DNA of 64,000 nucleotides from Vulcanimicrobiota bacterium. Lineage in GTDB: Bacteria; Vulcanimicrobiota; Vulcanimicrobiia; Vulcanimicrobiales; Vulcanimicrobiaceae. The stretch is from NCBI GenBank assembly GCA_963820825.1, contig CAWGBN010000002.1, positions 347,949-411,948 of the forward strand, written 5' to 3'. Numbering within the stretch: position 1 is the stretch's first letter; every line of letters starts with the position of its first letter. A program made the translations under genes and the position numbers. Shown here piece by piece: positions 54,148 through 63,387 of the stretch. The notes under the pieces were generated by a model. The model worked only from the letters and a program-made list of their open reading frames with translations, was not told the origin of the DNA and made no database searches.

Positions 54148-54791
54148 TCAGTAAGTGAGTTTGTCGCGCCGTTCAAAGAGCCTCGCGAAGACGGCGCCGA
54201 ACATAAAGCCGCCGATGTGCGCCAAGTAAGCCACGTCGTTCGGCGTCTGCGGCGCGATCTGCCCGGCGCTCCAAAGCTGTAGTAAGAACCAAAAACCGAT
54301 CAGAATTACTGCCGGTATGTAGGCAACCCGAATAAATATAGCGATGATCAAAATCGAACGAATATTATCGGTCGGAAACGTAACCAAAAATGCGCCCATG
54401 ACCGCGGCGATAGCACCGCTCGCGCCAAGGTTGGGTTCCGTTGAGTGCGGAGCGAATGCAATCTGGGCCGCGGCTGCCGCCACTCCACCCAAGAGATAGA
54501 AAATCAAATAGCGCCACGATCCCATCGTATCTTCGATGATGGGGCCGAATGCCCAGAAGAAGACCATGTTCCCGATGAGGTGCGCCCAGCTCGCGTGCAT
54601 GAACATCGCGGTGAGAATCGTGATCAAATCGCGACCCGCGGCGACTTCCGCCGGAGTCATCGCCCATTTCCGAACGAACGCATCGCCGTTCGTCAGCTCC
54701 AGCACGAAGACTCCTACATTCACCGCCACGATTAGTAGCGTGACGATCGGGAAATTGTCGGGCGCCGCGAGACGTCGCTTAATGGAATCAT
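54148..54791 (-). CDS. Rhomboid family intramembrane serine protease (1-nt frameshift near the start)
   Basis: MIPLSD.., MFMHASWAHLIGNM, LGASGAIA, AHIGGF. The ATG at 54791 is one base out of frame with the body. Confidence 0.85.
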
Positions 54792-55009
54792 GCGCGGTGA
54801 AGATTACCGAGCGAACACAGAGTCGCCTGCAATCACGGCCAACTTCCCGCGCGGCACAGGAAAGCGTTATAAATCAGGCAACGCCGACTCCCGCCGCGGT
54901 CGCACCAGTGCGGACTTCGGCGCGGATGTCGGCCCGATTCTCAGCAAGCGGTTCTGACCTAACAAAGGCAAGGCGCACGCGGGGGCGGGAGTGAGTCGGA
55001 CTCCCACTG

Positions 55010-55290
55010 TTGCGTTCTTCGATCTGAAGCGCAGATTGCATCACCAGGCCCAGCAGCGCAGGCCGCACTTGGCGATAGTCGCTGATGGCGACGAGCACGC
55101 CCGAGACGCGGCCGGCCGCATCGCGGATCGGCGCTCCGGTGCACGCTAGCGACTGGCCTCCCTTCGCAAAGTGCTCCGCGCACATCAGTTGCAGCGGGCG
55201 CGACTCGGCGATCACCGTACCCACGCCATTTGCCCCGTTCCGGGGAATGTGCTTGGGGCCCACTCCACAGAGAAAGTCTTCGCGACCAAG
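55010..55290 (-). pseudogene. Isolated GAF-domain fragment of an AcoR-like transcriptional activator
   Basis: GANGVGTVIAESRPLQL..AEHF, CTGAPIRDAAGRVSGVL, LGLV..SA.QIE; no start or AAA+ domain. Confidence 0.65.
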
Positions 55291-55460
55291 CTCGAGTCGC
55301 CATGGTGGCGATTCTTAACGGGGCGTCCGAAGCGTACGACAACTCTTACGACAAATTTCGCGCGGAAACCGGCGGAATGCGCGAACGCTAGCGGACGAAA
55401 AAATCGGCCTCGAGCCGCCGACGCGGCAAGGAAAATAAACTATTTCTTGTTATTTTGGGA

Positions 55461-55534
55461 TGGCCGGGAGTCGAACCACTGCTCGGGGGTTCCGGTGAGT
55501 CCCGTCTGCTACCGAAACGTGTTACTTTGTAAGG
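55461..55534 (+). repeat. Copy B of the 74-bp imperfect direct repeat (att-like)
   Basis: Matches 53717-53790 and is followed by a GTTAGAAA direct repeat at 55597 and 55607. Confidence 0.85.
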
Positions 55535-55867
55535 CTTCTTCGTCACCCTAGTTCCCGACCCGCTACCGTCCAATACCCACCATTCTCGACCGCTCCGTTA
55601 GAAAATGTTAGAAACTCAGCCTCGGTGGGTCGAGATTTCCACTGCACGTCAAGTCCGAGGTGATGCGCCATCCGATAGAGGAGGGCAGCGTTACCCGGGG
55701 ATAGGGGATAAGGGCGCAAAGACGAGACACCCCCAGCCGGCAATGCCGCATGGTTCAAAGCCCCCAATGCGATCGGGGCCGCTAAGCCGGCTACGCGATC
55801 GGCGCCACTATGCTGCGCGGCGGCGATGCCCGCTCAGCCAACGGTGCGGGCTGGGCGGCGGGGGGGG

Positions 55868-57133
55868 TTAAGGTGATAACAAGAAAACCGTGCCGTATCC
55901 GGCTCCACCGCCAGATCGAGTGGTACCATAGAGCCTGCGGTTTATGTTGATCAGCGCAGCGTCGGGCTCCGCGCCGTCCCCGCCTACGAAAGCAAACAGC
56001 ACGACTTCCGTGTGCAGGTTCAAGATCGCAAAGATTGTGCCGTACCCGCTTGCACCACCGCTATCGGTCACGCCAAACAGTGTGCCGTGGACGTTGGTAA
56101 GAGCAGCTTTCGGGTAGCTGCCGTCAGCACCACTCTTGAAACTATAAACCATGGTTTCCTGGCCGGAGAGTGTCATCTTAAAGACGGTGCCCCAATTGCC
56201 GATGCCACCTTCAACGGTTGTGCCGTAAAGCGTACCGCCGACATTGGTTAGGCTTGCCTCTGGTGCTGTACCGTCGGGCGCACCTGCAAAATTGTAAAGG
56301 ACGGTCTCGTTGCCGGATTTTGTGATTTCAAAGACCACGCCGTTGCCGCTTGTCCCACCTGCAGTGGTTGTGCCATAGAGCTTGCCATTGACATTGGTTA
56401 GTCCGGCAATTGGGGCTGAACCATCGGCCCCGCTTAAGGCACCGAAGCTGTGGAGCACCGTTTCTCCGCCCGAGGTCGTGATCTTAAAGACGGTCCCGGT
56501 CCCGAGACCGCTTGCGCCGCCCTGAGAGGTTGTGCCGTAGAGCGTGCCGTGCACGTCGGTCAGACTTGCCCAAGGATACAGACCGTCTGTTTCTGTTACC
56601 TTGCCGAAGCTGTGAATCACGCTTTCCGTGCCGGAGGTCGTGATCTCAAAGACGGTACCGGTGTCGTTTACGCCGCCTTCAGTGGTGGTGCCGTAGAGCG
56701 TACCGCCCACATTGGTCAGACCGCCATAGGGACTTTGGCCATCCGTCCCAGTGCCGAAGCTGTGAACCACGGTTTCGCTGCCGGACCTCGTGATTTTGAA
56801 GACGGTCCCAAAACCGTATGCCCCACCTTGATTCGTCGTGCCATAAAACGTGCCGCCCACATTGGTCAGACTTGAGGTCGGTACTGCGCCGTCAGCCCAG
56901 GAGAAAGTGTGTAGAACGGTTTCAGTCTGGACGTTCTTTTTCATCGCTGTCGGCTGAGCTTGTTGTACGCTAAATAACGCGCGCGACCCGCCGCGCTCGG
57001 CGTGCGTGGATATGGCGCGGCCTTGCGGCATTGCGCCCGGCGCGCCGATCGGCGGCTGCGATCCGCCGCAAGCTGTGAGCAATACTGCGGTGGCGACGCT
57101 TAGCGCGTAGCGGATTAAGGCTAGGGGTTTCAT
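55868..57133 (-). CDS. Lipoprotein with tandem GloVer-type (TIGR03803-like) repeats
   Basis: Lipobox LTAC and about seven repeats of DG..P...LTNV.GTLYGTT..GG....GTVF.IT.SG.ETV.HSF. Confidence 0.88.
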   Translation of the reverse strand: MKPLALIRYALSVATAVLLTACGGSQPPIGAPGAMPQGRAISTHAERGGSRALFSVQQAQPTAMKKNVQTETVLHTFSWADGAVPTSSLTNVGGTFYGTTNQGGAYGFGTVFKITRSGSETVVHSFGTGTDGQSPYGGLTNVGGTLYGTTTEGGVNDTGTVFEITTSGTESVIHSFGKVTETDGLYPWASLTDVHGTLYGTTSQGGASGLGTGTVFKITTSGGETVLHSFGALSGADGSAPIAGLTNVNGKLYGTTTAGGTSGNGVVFEITKSGNETVLYNFAGAPDGTAPEASLTNVGGTLYGTTVEGGIGNWGTVFKMTLSGQETMVYSFKSGADGSYPKAALTNVHGTLFGVTDSGGASGYGTIFAILNLHTEVVLFAFVGGDGAEPDAALININRRLYGTTRSGGGAGYGTVFLLSP

Positions 57134-57173
57134 CTTGCGTTGAAGGCCATTGAAAGTTCGCAGCCTCTATGGC

Positions 57174-58160
57174 TTACTGAGTTGGCACGACACTGACGGC
57201 GACACCTTTTAAATTCGATCTCGCCTTGGGCAGCTTTGCGATTACAGCGCCCCTGCCGCCGGCGGGGTAGGGCCAAATACCGATGTGCGTAGGAGGCCCG
57301 GAACGCACTCCAAACGGTACGACCACGCTGCCACCCTGAATCCATGACGTGCCAGCTTCGTGGGCGACGCCGTCAAAGGTTGTTTTTCCAACAACCGTCG
57401 CCTTGGTACCATGAATGCTAAGGCGGTAGATCGCCACGCCGTTGAAGAGCGTTTCAATCGTGATATAGTTGCCGTCCCACTGAACTTGCCCTAAACGGTT
57501 GCGGAGCTTCCTATCAAGCGCAAATCTAACAAACGTGTCGCTACCTGATCGCAACTCTGCAAGTTTTGGCGCGTTGTACCATGTACCATCGACAAAGAGA
57601 TTTCCAACACTATCATATGAAAGATATGCTGGAACTAAGCGGACGGTGTAATATCTTGGCGTGCCGGAGCCGTTTGGCACGATGGCGACCTGGTTGTTAA
57701 GATTCAAAGAGATAGCGACATTACCGGTCACTGGGTCGACAGAACATGCAAGGGATTCGTAACCATCGACTTGCACCGTCCCCATCGGTTGTGTTGCGCC
57801 GTGGGCGTAGTGCTCCAGCACAATAGCGCGTGAACTGTTCGCGGTAAGCTCGTAAAAGCTCCCGTCTGGGGCGGGGCAGATGCCACCACTGCCGTCCAAA
57901 GAGCCCGCTGGTTCACCCGAAGGGTACGAATAGATACATACGCCGCTACACCCAGCATACGCATACAAAAGAGCATCGGGGGAGTCTCCCGCGATTCTCT
58001 GCCATCCACCATCCGCCGCGGCCGAGTGCGTGGCGATCGTGCGGCTTTGCGGCATCGCGCCCACCGCGCCGATCGGCGGCTGCGATCCGCCGCACCCGGC
58101 CAGCATTGCCGCAACGGCAAAGCCGTCAAGCGCATAGCGTCCGAAATCTAAGCTCTTCAT
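57174..58160 (-). CDS. Lipoprotein, beta-propeller
   Basis: GAGGAG RBS, LAGCGGSQPPIGA, CSVDPVTGNVAI, YDSVGNLFVDG, VQWDGNYI. Confidence 0.83.
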   Translation of the reverse strand: MKSLDFGRYALDGFAVAAMLAGCGGSQPPIGAVGAMPQSRTIATHSAAADGGWQRIAGDSPDALLYAYAGCSGVCIYSYPSGEPAGSLDGSGGICPAPDGSFYELTANSSRAIVLEHYAHGATQPMGTVQVDGYESLACSVDPVTGNVAISLNLNNQVAIVPNGSGTPRYYTVRLVPAYLSYDSVGNLFVDGTWYNAPKLAELRSGSDTFVRFALDRKLRNRLGQVQWDGNYITIETLFNGVAIYRLSIHGTKATVVGKTTFDGVAHEAGTSWIQGGSVVVPFGVRSGPPTHIGIWPYPAGGRGAVIAKLPKARSNLKGVAVSVVPTQ

Positions 58161-58367
58161 CTACCTTGCTCCTCGCTGCATGAACGGACCAGCGGCTGAG
58201 AACGTTCGGTGCTTGGCGCCGCGCCCCCGCGCAACGACCAGGAACTCAGGCCTCTCGGTCCATGCTGCCGCGCCGGGAGCGCGCACCGGTCGATGGCGAA
58301 GGCGAGCGCGACATCGCTCGCTAATCGCAACCTCGATTCCAGACCGTGCGCTATAATCGACCTTGAA

Positions 58368-59264
58368 ATGACCGAGGAGCAAGAAGCCTGGGCGAAGTTT
58401 GAGCGCCGCTTACGGGCCAAGCTTAGAGAACATCAGAGGCAGGGGAAGGGTCCCAACGACCCGCTCTTTGTTACGGGATACCCGCAGGGCTCCGCCGTTA
58501 TAACGCAGCGTAGCGCATTGTATGACCAGATCCTGAACGGGCTGTTCGACGCAGCCAAGGCAGCCGATGAGTTCGAGTATGCCTGTTCATTGCTGAACTT
58601 CGATGGGCTGAAAGACAGCGGGTGGTTTCCGGAAGTCGAGAGTTGGACACTTATTAACGAGGTCTCTAGTTACGTTCACCTCCCGACGGTAACGCACGCC
58701 AAGCTTAGGCTTGGGATGCTGCAATACTCCCACATTGCAGAAATGGATATTACATATACTCTGATTATGAACATGCTCCGCGTCATATCAGGAGCCCGCT
58801 ACTCCATGATTCCTTTTGTGGACAAGAAAGGACAGCGCATCGACAAATCAGCTACGAAGATTCAGCGGATCTGTACTGCCGCGGCGAAAGTGGGCCTCGA
58901 AGGAGTCTGTGATCTTTTTGACTGGTATGAACCGCGCATACGGAACAGTTTCGCGCATTCAAACTATCAATTCCATGGAGACCAGTATAACATTGCACGT
59001 GGCCCCGGCATCGTAGCCGAAGGGGTAGTCAGAGGAGGGCTTTCCATCGAGCGGGAGATCCTTCCGAGAATCAACGGCGCGCTTCGCTTCTTCGTCACCT
59101 TCTACGGTGCGCGCGACCATGCAAGAGCAAACTATAAGACCAATGTTGTCGTAAAAGGTCGCCTAGGGCCGAACGAGGCGTACGTTGATGTTGAACTGCT
59201 TACGCGGCCGGAAGGTGGTTTGATCGGCGTCCGGACGCCACCCGAGGCACCCGCTAAAACATAA
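58368..59264 (+). CDS. Hypothetical protein with HEPN-like RxxxxH motif
   Basis: TATAAT at 58352-58357, ATG at 58368, helical protein with RIRNSFAHSNY, visibly lower GC than the core genes. Confidence 0.7.
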   Translation: MTEEQEAWAKFERRLRAKLREHQRQGKGPNDPLFVTGYPQGSAVITQRSALYDQILNGLFDAAKAADEFEYACSLLNFDGLKDSGWFPEVESWTLINEVSSYVHLPTVTHAKLRLGMLQYSHIAEMDITYTLIMNMLRVISGARYSMIPFVDKKGQRIDKSATKIQRICTAAAKVGLEGVCDLFDWYEPRIRNSFAHSNYQFHGDQYNIARGPGIVAEGVVRGGLSIEREILPRINGALRFFVTFYGARDHARANYKTNVVVKGRLGPNEAYVDVELLTRPEGGLIGVRTPPEAPAKT

Positions 59265-59312
59265 GCGAGGACCAAGCTAATAAACAGCCCACTAACCGCT
59301 ACTGAGCGCGCT

Positions 59313-62300
59313 TCAACCTAAGCTCTTAAGGGTCTCGATTAGCTTGTCTTTAGTACGACCGTATAAGTTGCGCCCGGCCCTGGCAGCGTAAATCGTTGCT
59401 CGCGATACGTCTTGCGCAAGCAACTGTGGGACCGGCGTCGCTCGCAGCATCGGCAGCCACTTGGTCTCCCACTCGTCGCGTCGCGGATCGCGGAAGACCG
59501 TGTACACGTCGCTTTCGGCTGGAACGCCGCCCTCCTCGACCTGTTCGACCTTGTTCGACTCCTTGCCGATATAGTCGAAGCCGTCGATCGCGACGTGGCG
59601 GCGAGCGAGTAGCCCGGCGGTCTGCTTCCCGCACGGCTTTCCGTCGGCACCAGCGCACTTGGCTTCCGGATGATACTCGTACTCGCGCAGCACGTCGCCG
59701 TAGCTCTTCACCCGCGCCATTGTGCGCGAACCGTGCGGCGCCGATGCCGTAATGCTATACCGCTTGGCGTCTTTTGAGTACTGGTCGATCCATCGCATGT
59801 CTTCCCACTTACGCGGATCGGTCTCATACGGCGCGATTAGATGGAACCGCTCCGGATCGGCGCCGATCGGGTGGCCGAGTTTGCGGACATGGCAGTTTAG
59901 AATGAAGTTGAATGGTTTGATTTGCTTCGCGTACGTCTTACCATTGTTGAGCGTCCGAAGCGGCTTCATAACGGCCGGGCTGCTCACCGTCGTGCGGCCA
60001 ACAGCAACGCGCTTCTCGAACCCAAGCGGGTCCGTGGATCGCCCCAGCGATCGGCGCACGATCGACAGCCACGCCTGCGCGATCCAGCCGCGATCGTCGC
60101 TTTTCGGATCGGTCGGATTGAGGAGATGCCCGAGGCCATGCTCGGAGTAGCGGTCCTCCTTGTTGTTAAGGCCCTCGCGCAGCAATGCTGGCTCGCCGTT
60201 TAGATCTCGGACGAAGAGCGCGTAACGCTTGGCGGAAATCGCCAGGCACCACAACTGCCGCCGCTTGCCGGTGATCGGGTCGCGGTTGTCCTCCTCAATC
60301 TTCAGGACGGACCCTTTGATCGCGGCGCGGTCGTACGGGTTCAACTGCTCGAAGCTCCCCGCGATCGCATCAACCTGCGCCCAGGATAGCGCCCGGATCG
60401 CGGGCTTCCCGCGCTTTCGGTTGGCACCACCCGGGCACTCGATTAGGCCGCCGCGCCGCGTCGCGACCATCGCCATGGAGTCGGTATCTTCCATCGCGTA
60501 CGTGCCGCCCAGGTCGGTCACGCAGCGTTCCAGCAGCGCCAACGTCAGACGCGCCGCGGCGGTAATCAGCGACGCCAGCGGCGGGAAACAATACTCTCCC
60601 GCGCGTTCAGGGTTCGCGACTTCGCACCGGAACGGCGTCGGATCGATGCCGTAGCACGTCGCCGGCACCTTTTTGGCGGTCTCCTCGCGGATCATCTCTG
60701 CGAAGATGCCGTAACTGGTCGCGTTGGCGAGCACCTTGAGCGCCTTGTCCAGCCGCGTCCGTTCCTGGTCCGGGAGTGCCGTATTGTTCGCAAGGCGTTT
60801 GCGCTCTTCGATCACCTTGCGGAAGAAATCGTCGCGTCGCGGGTCGATCGGCACCGTACCGCGCAGCGTGATCGGCCGTAGACCCGGCAGCTGTCCCTTC
60901 GGTGCGATCGCAAACGCCTCGACGATTTTGGGAACTCGGCCGGTCAGCAGCACGGACGCGGCCAGATCGGGCAGCGCGAACCAGAGACCGTCCTTCGGGT
61001 CGTCGCTGGTCGCGGAGACGTAGTTCAGACCAACCTGGTAGTCGTTGCTTTCGCGGCCGTACTTGGCGCGCGTCGGGAGAATGTCTCCGGACGGTATCAC
61101 GCGCGCGAACGCGGGAAGTTTTGTCCACGTCGCCGGGCTGAACAGTTTTTCAGGCGTAATCGTGCGGAGAAACTCGGTCGTCTCGGAGACTTCCACGGGA
61201 ACCACGGAGACTTCCGCGGCGACTACGAACCGCCACAGACCCATGAGGGCGTTCACGGTGGGATACATGGAAAGAAAGTCCGTGTACACGACGGGAACGG
61301 CGACTTTCCGAATATGCGCGCTCGTCCGTCCACCGAAGAACGCGGACTCCGCGTAGCCGAGATACCGCTTCTCGAAGTGTTGCCGCTCCATGATCGGCGC
61401 AATACCCATTTTGCGTAGGTGCGCCTTGCCCAGGGAGGCCGGCGAATAGGCCTGCGTCTCTTGCAGTTCCACGTCGAAGCGGTCGTACTCGTCCAGCAGC
61501 TTGAACGACAGTTCCGCGGTCGCCGCGACGTCTTGCCGGTTGTAGTCGATATATGCAGGTGTGACGACGCCGTGGCGATCGACGGTGCCTTTTCCCTGTT
61601 CGACGCCGAACGCTTTGCTCGCCGAATCGAGACTGTGCCCGCGATCGGTCAGCACGAACGCTAGCGTCCGCAGATCGAGAAAGTGCCCGCGAAACTTATA
61701 GTCGTCCTCGGGGTCGCCGGTCTCCGATCCCTCGGGAATCAGATCGACCGGGTCGGCGTCCAGCGTGCCGGTGAACCCCTTGAGCGCGCGTTTACTGTCG
61801 ATGTGCTTAATCGCGATCCGCGGGCGCTGACGACGCTCGTGACGTGCCCCTTCCACGTCGGCGTAGTCCCACATTACCAGCGAAAAACCGCCGGCGAACC
61901 GCCGATCGCTGCGGCTGCGCGCGTCGCCAAAGTCCACGGCGAGTCGGGACAGGTCGAAGGGCAGATTGAAGCCGACGATCAGCCCGCGCCCGTCGTATCC
62001 GGCAGCGTAGAACTTTTCAAGAAATGCGCGCCGGTCGAGCAGCCGCAGCTGCGGCACGCCGCGCCGCCGATCGGTGGCGGCCGCATGCGTCGCGACGTAG
62101 GCTTCGAGTTTCGCGCGATCGGCGCGCGGCAGATCGTCGCCGAAGAACAAGCCCTCTTCCAGGCAAATGCGATCCTCGAAATAGCGGTAGCTGCCGAACG
62201 TCAGCGCCTGGGCCGTGTCGGTGCGGGTCTCGGTATCGAAGACGAGCATCCGCGACGGCCGCCGCCAATGCCGCAGTTTCTTACGATCGCGCTGCTCCCG

Positions 62301-62363
62301 CTGCGGTTCCGGGTAGACACGGATCGCCAGCTTCAGCGGAGTCGACGTTACGCCGCTTGCCAT
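59313..62363 (-). CDS. Family B DNA polymerase of mobile-element type (1016 aa)
   Basis: ExoI VFDTET, ExoII GFNLPFD, ExoIII YNRQD, motif A DFLSMYP, motif B KVLANATSYG, motif C DTDS, KRY, and an HTH-like C-terminus. Confidence 0.92.
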   Translation of the reverse strand: MASGVTSTPLKLAIRVYPEPQREQRDRKKLRHWRRPSRMLVFDTETRTDTAQALTFGSYRYFEDRICLEEGLFFGDDLPRADRAKLEAYVATHAAATDRRRGVPQLRLLDRRAFLEKFYAAGYDGRGLIVGFNLPFDLSRLAVDFGDARSRSDRRFAGGFSLVMWDYADVEGARHERRQRPRIAIKHIDSKRALKGFTGTLDADPVDLIPEGSETGDPEDDYKFRGHFLDLRTLAFVLTDRGHSLDSASKAFGVEQGKGTVDRHGVVTPAYIDYNRQDVAATAELSFKLLDEYDRFDVELQETQAYSPASLGKAHLRKMGIAPIMERQHFEKRYLGYAESAFFGGRTSAHIRKVAVPVVYTDFLSMYPTVNALMGLWRFVVAAEVSVVPVEVSETTEFLRTITPEKLFSPATWTKLPAFARVIPSGDILPTRAKYGRESNDYQVGLNYVSATSDDPKDGLWFALPDLAASVLLTGRVPKIVEAFAIAPKGQLPGLRPITLRGTVPIDPRRDDFFRKVIEERKRLANNTALPDQERTRLDKALKVLANATSYGIFAEMIREETAKKVPATCYGIDPTPFRCEVANPERAGEYCFPPLASLITAAARLTLALLERCVTDLGGTYAMEDTDSMAMVATRRGGLIECPGGANRKRGKPAIRALSWAQVDAIAGSFEQLNPYDRAAIKGSVLKIEEDNRDPITGKRRQLWCLAISAKRYALFVRDLNGEPALLREGLNNKEDRYSEHGLGHLLNPTDPKSDDRGWIAQAWLSIVRRSLGRSTDPLGFEKRVAVGRTTVSSPAVMKPLRTLNNGKTYAKQIKPFNFILNCHVRKLGHPIGADPERFHLIAPYETDPRKWEDMRWIDQYSKDAKRYSITASAPHGSRTMARVKSYGDVLREYEYHPEAKCAGADGKPCGKQTAGLLARRHVAIDGFDYIGKESNKVEQVEEGGVPAESDVYTVFRDPRRDEWETKWLPMLRATPVPQLLAQDVSRATIYAARAGRNLYGRTKDKLIETLKSLG

Positions 62364-62827
62364 CCGTCAAAATCCGTGCCCTTCCACCACGACGGATTCA
62401 TATGCTCGCGCAGCCAGGCATCGAGTTTGCGAAGGAACTCGGCGACGTAGCGCAGCCCGTTGACAACTAGATGCTCGATGCAGTCGGCTGCTCCGCACAA
62501 AAACCCGGCTGCAGCCAATAGTGGGCTGCCGTCAGCGTTGGACAGCACCCCCGGCGGCCACTCGTACTGTGCTTCGCTCAACGTGCGGTGGGCAGTTATC
62601 GGAACCTCGATGGTGATCGGCGAGTTCGCTTCGCCAGCAACATGGTTCGTCTCTGTCGTCTTCTTGCGATTTTTGAGTGCATAGCATCTCAGGCAACGCT
62701 TCGGACGACTTCTGCGGACGAGCATCTCCTCGCGGCCGCAGTCCGTGCAAGATGCTCCTTGGCCGACGCGGCGCTGCGTTTTCGCCCTGCGCGCGCCGGT
62801 CTTGATGGGATCGGTCGAGCGTGCCAT
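62348..62827 (-). CDS. Zinc-finger / degenerate HNH-like protein
   Basis: CTDC...CLRC, then ETNHVAGEANS.....VPITAHR. Overlaps the PolB start. Confidence 0.65.
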   Translation of the reverse strand: MARSTDPIKTGARRAKTQRRVGQGASCTDCGREEMLVRRSRPKRCLRCYALKNRKKTTETNHVAGEANSPITIEVPITAHRTLSEAQYEWPPGVLSNADGSPLLAAAGFLCGAADCIEHLVVNGLRYVAEFLRKLDAWLREHMNPSWWKGTDFDGWQAA

Positions 62828-63327
62828 CAGCTGACCCTCGCGTACATGGACTGAAATGACAGGATGCCAGCCGACCCCAGGCGTTCGAGCTCGTCGGTGT
62901 CGGTCAGTAGCGGCACGGCGTTGCCCCGAGCATCGATGATTGAGACGCCGTGGAACCGCACAAGCTCGGTCTCGTCGCCGGTCTCCAGGTAATGGTTGAC
63001 CGCGTTCCAGTACTCGCCGACGATCGAGGCCGAGCGCGAGTCCACGGTGGCGATTTCCGCCAGCCCCTCCAGCGTTGGAAGCACCAGGACCCGCAAGAGC
63101 CGGTCGGACGCGCGGGCCTTGTAGGTGCCGCGGGAATTCTTCCGCAACGCCCCCTTCGCATGCCGCAGTACCGTCGCGGGGCTGACGCTCTCCTCGCGCG
63201 CGGCCCGACTGAGTGAGATGTCCTCCGAGCGCATCGCCGTGACGACGCGCGCCAGCTTCAGTTTCGTGGCTTGTCGCGGCTTCGGTTTGGCTTGACCGGT
63301 GCGCCGCTTTGTCTTACGCTTTGCCAT
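62827..63327 (-). CDS. Basic protein with N-terminal helix-turn-helix
   Basis: SLSRAAREESVSPATVLRH. TGATG coupling to the next gene. Confidence 0.7.
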   Translation of the reverse strand: MAKRKTKRRTGQAKPKPRQATKLKLARVVTAMRSEDISLSRAAREESVSPATVLRHAKGALRKNSRGTYKARASDRLLRVLVLPTLEGLAEIATVDSRSASIVGEYWNAVNHYLETGDETELVRFHGVSIIDARGNAVPLLTDTDELERLGSAGILSFQSMYARVS

Positions 63328-63387
63328 GGTAGTGAAATCCCTGAGGGCCGCGCGAGTCGGATCGCCGGTCCTCCGTTTTTGAGTCCA

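Noticed and set aside
55461..55534. Possible tRNA gene (GGTTCGACTCCC on the minus strand)
   Set aside because: No matching T-stem 5' strand, D-arm or anticodon arm; only a 3' fragment, so treated as att-like.
55543..55767. 74-aa ORF beside repeat B
   Set aside because: No motif, RBS or coding bias evident.
55900..56900. Regularly spaced DNA repeats suggestive of a CRISPR array
   Set aside because: They are in-frame protein repeats of the GloVer-type lipoprotein, variable at third codon positions, with no unique spacers or cas genes.
59313..62363. Calling the polymerase a pipolin piPolB or the element a casposon
   Set aside because: The canonical KxY (KRY) is retained, and no Cas1, recombinase or terminal repeats are visible, so no class can be assigned from this window.
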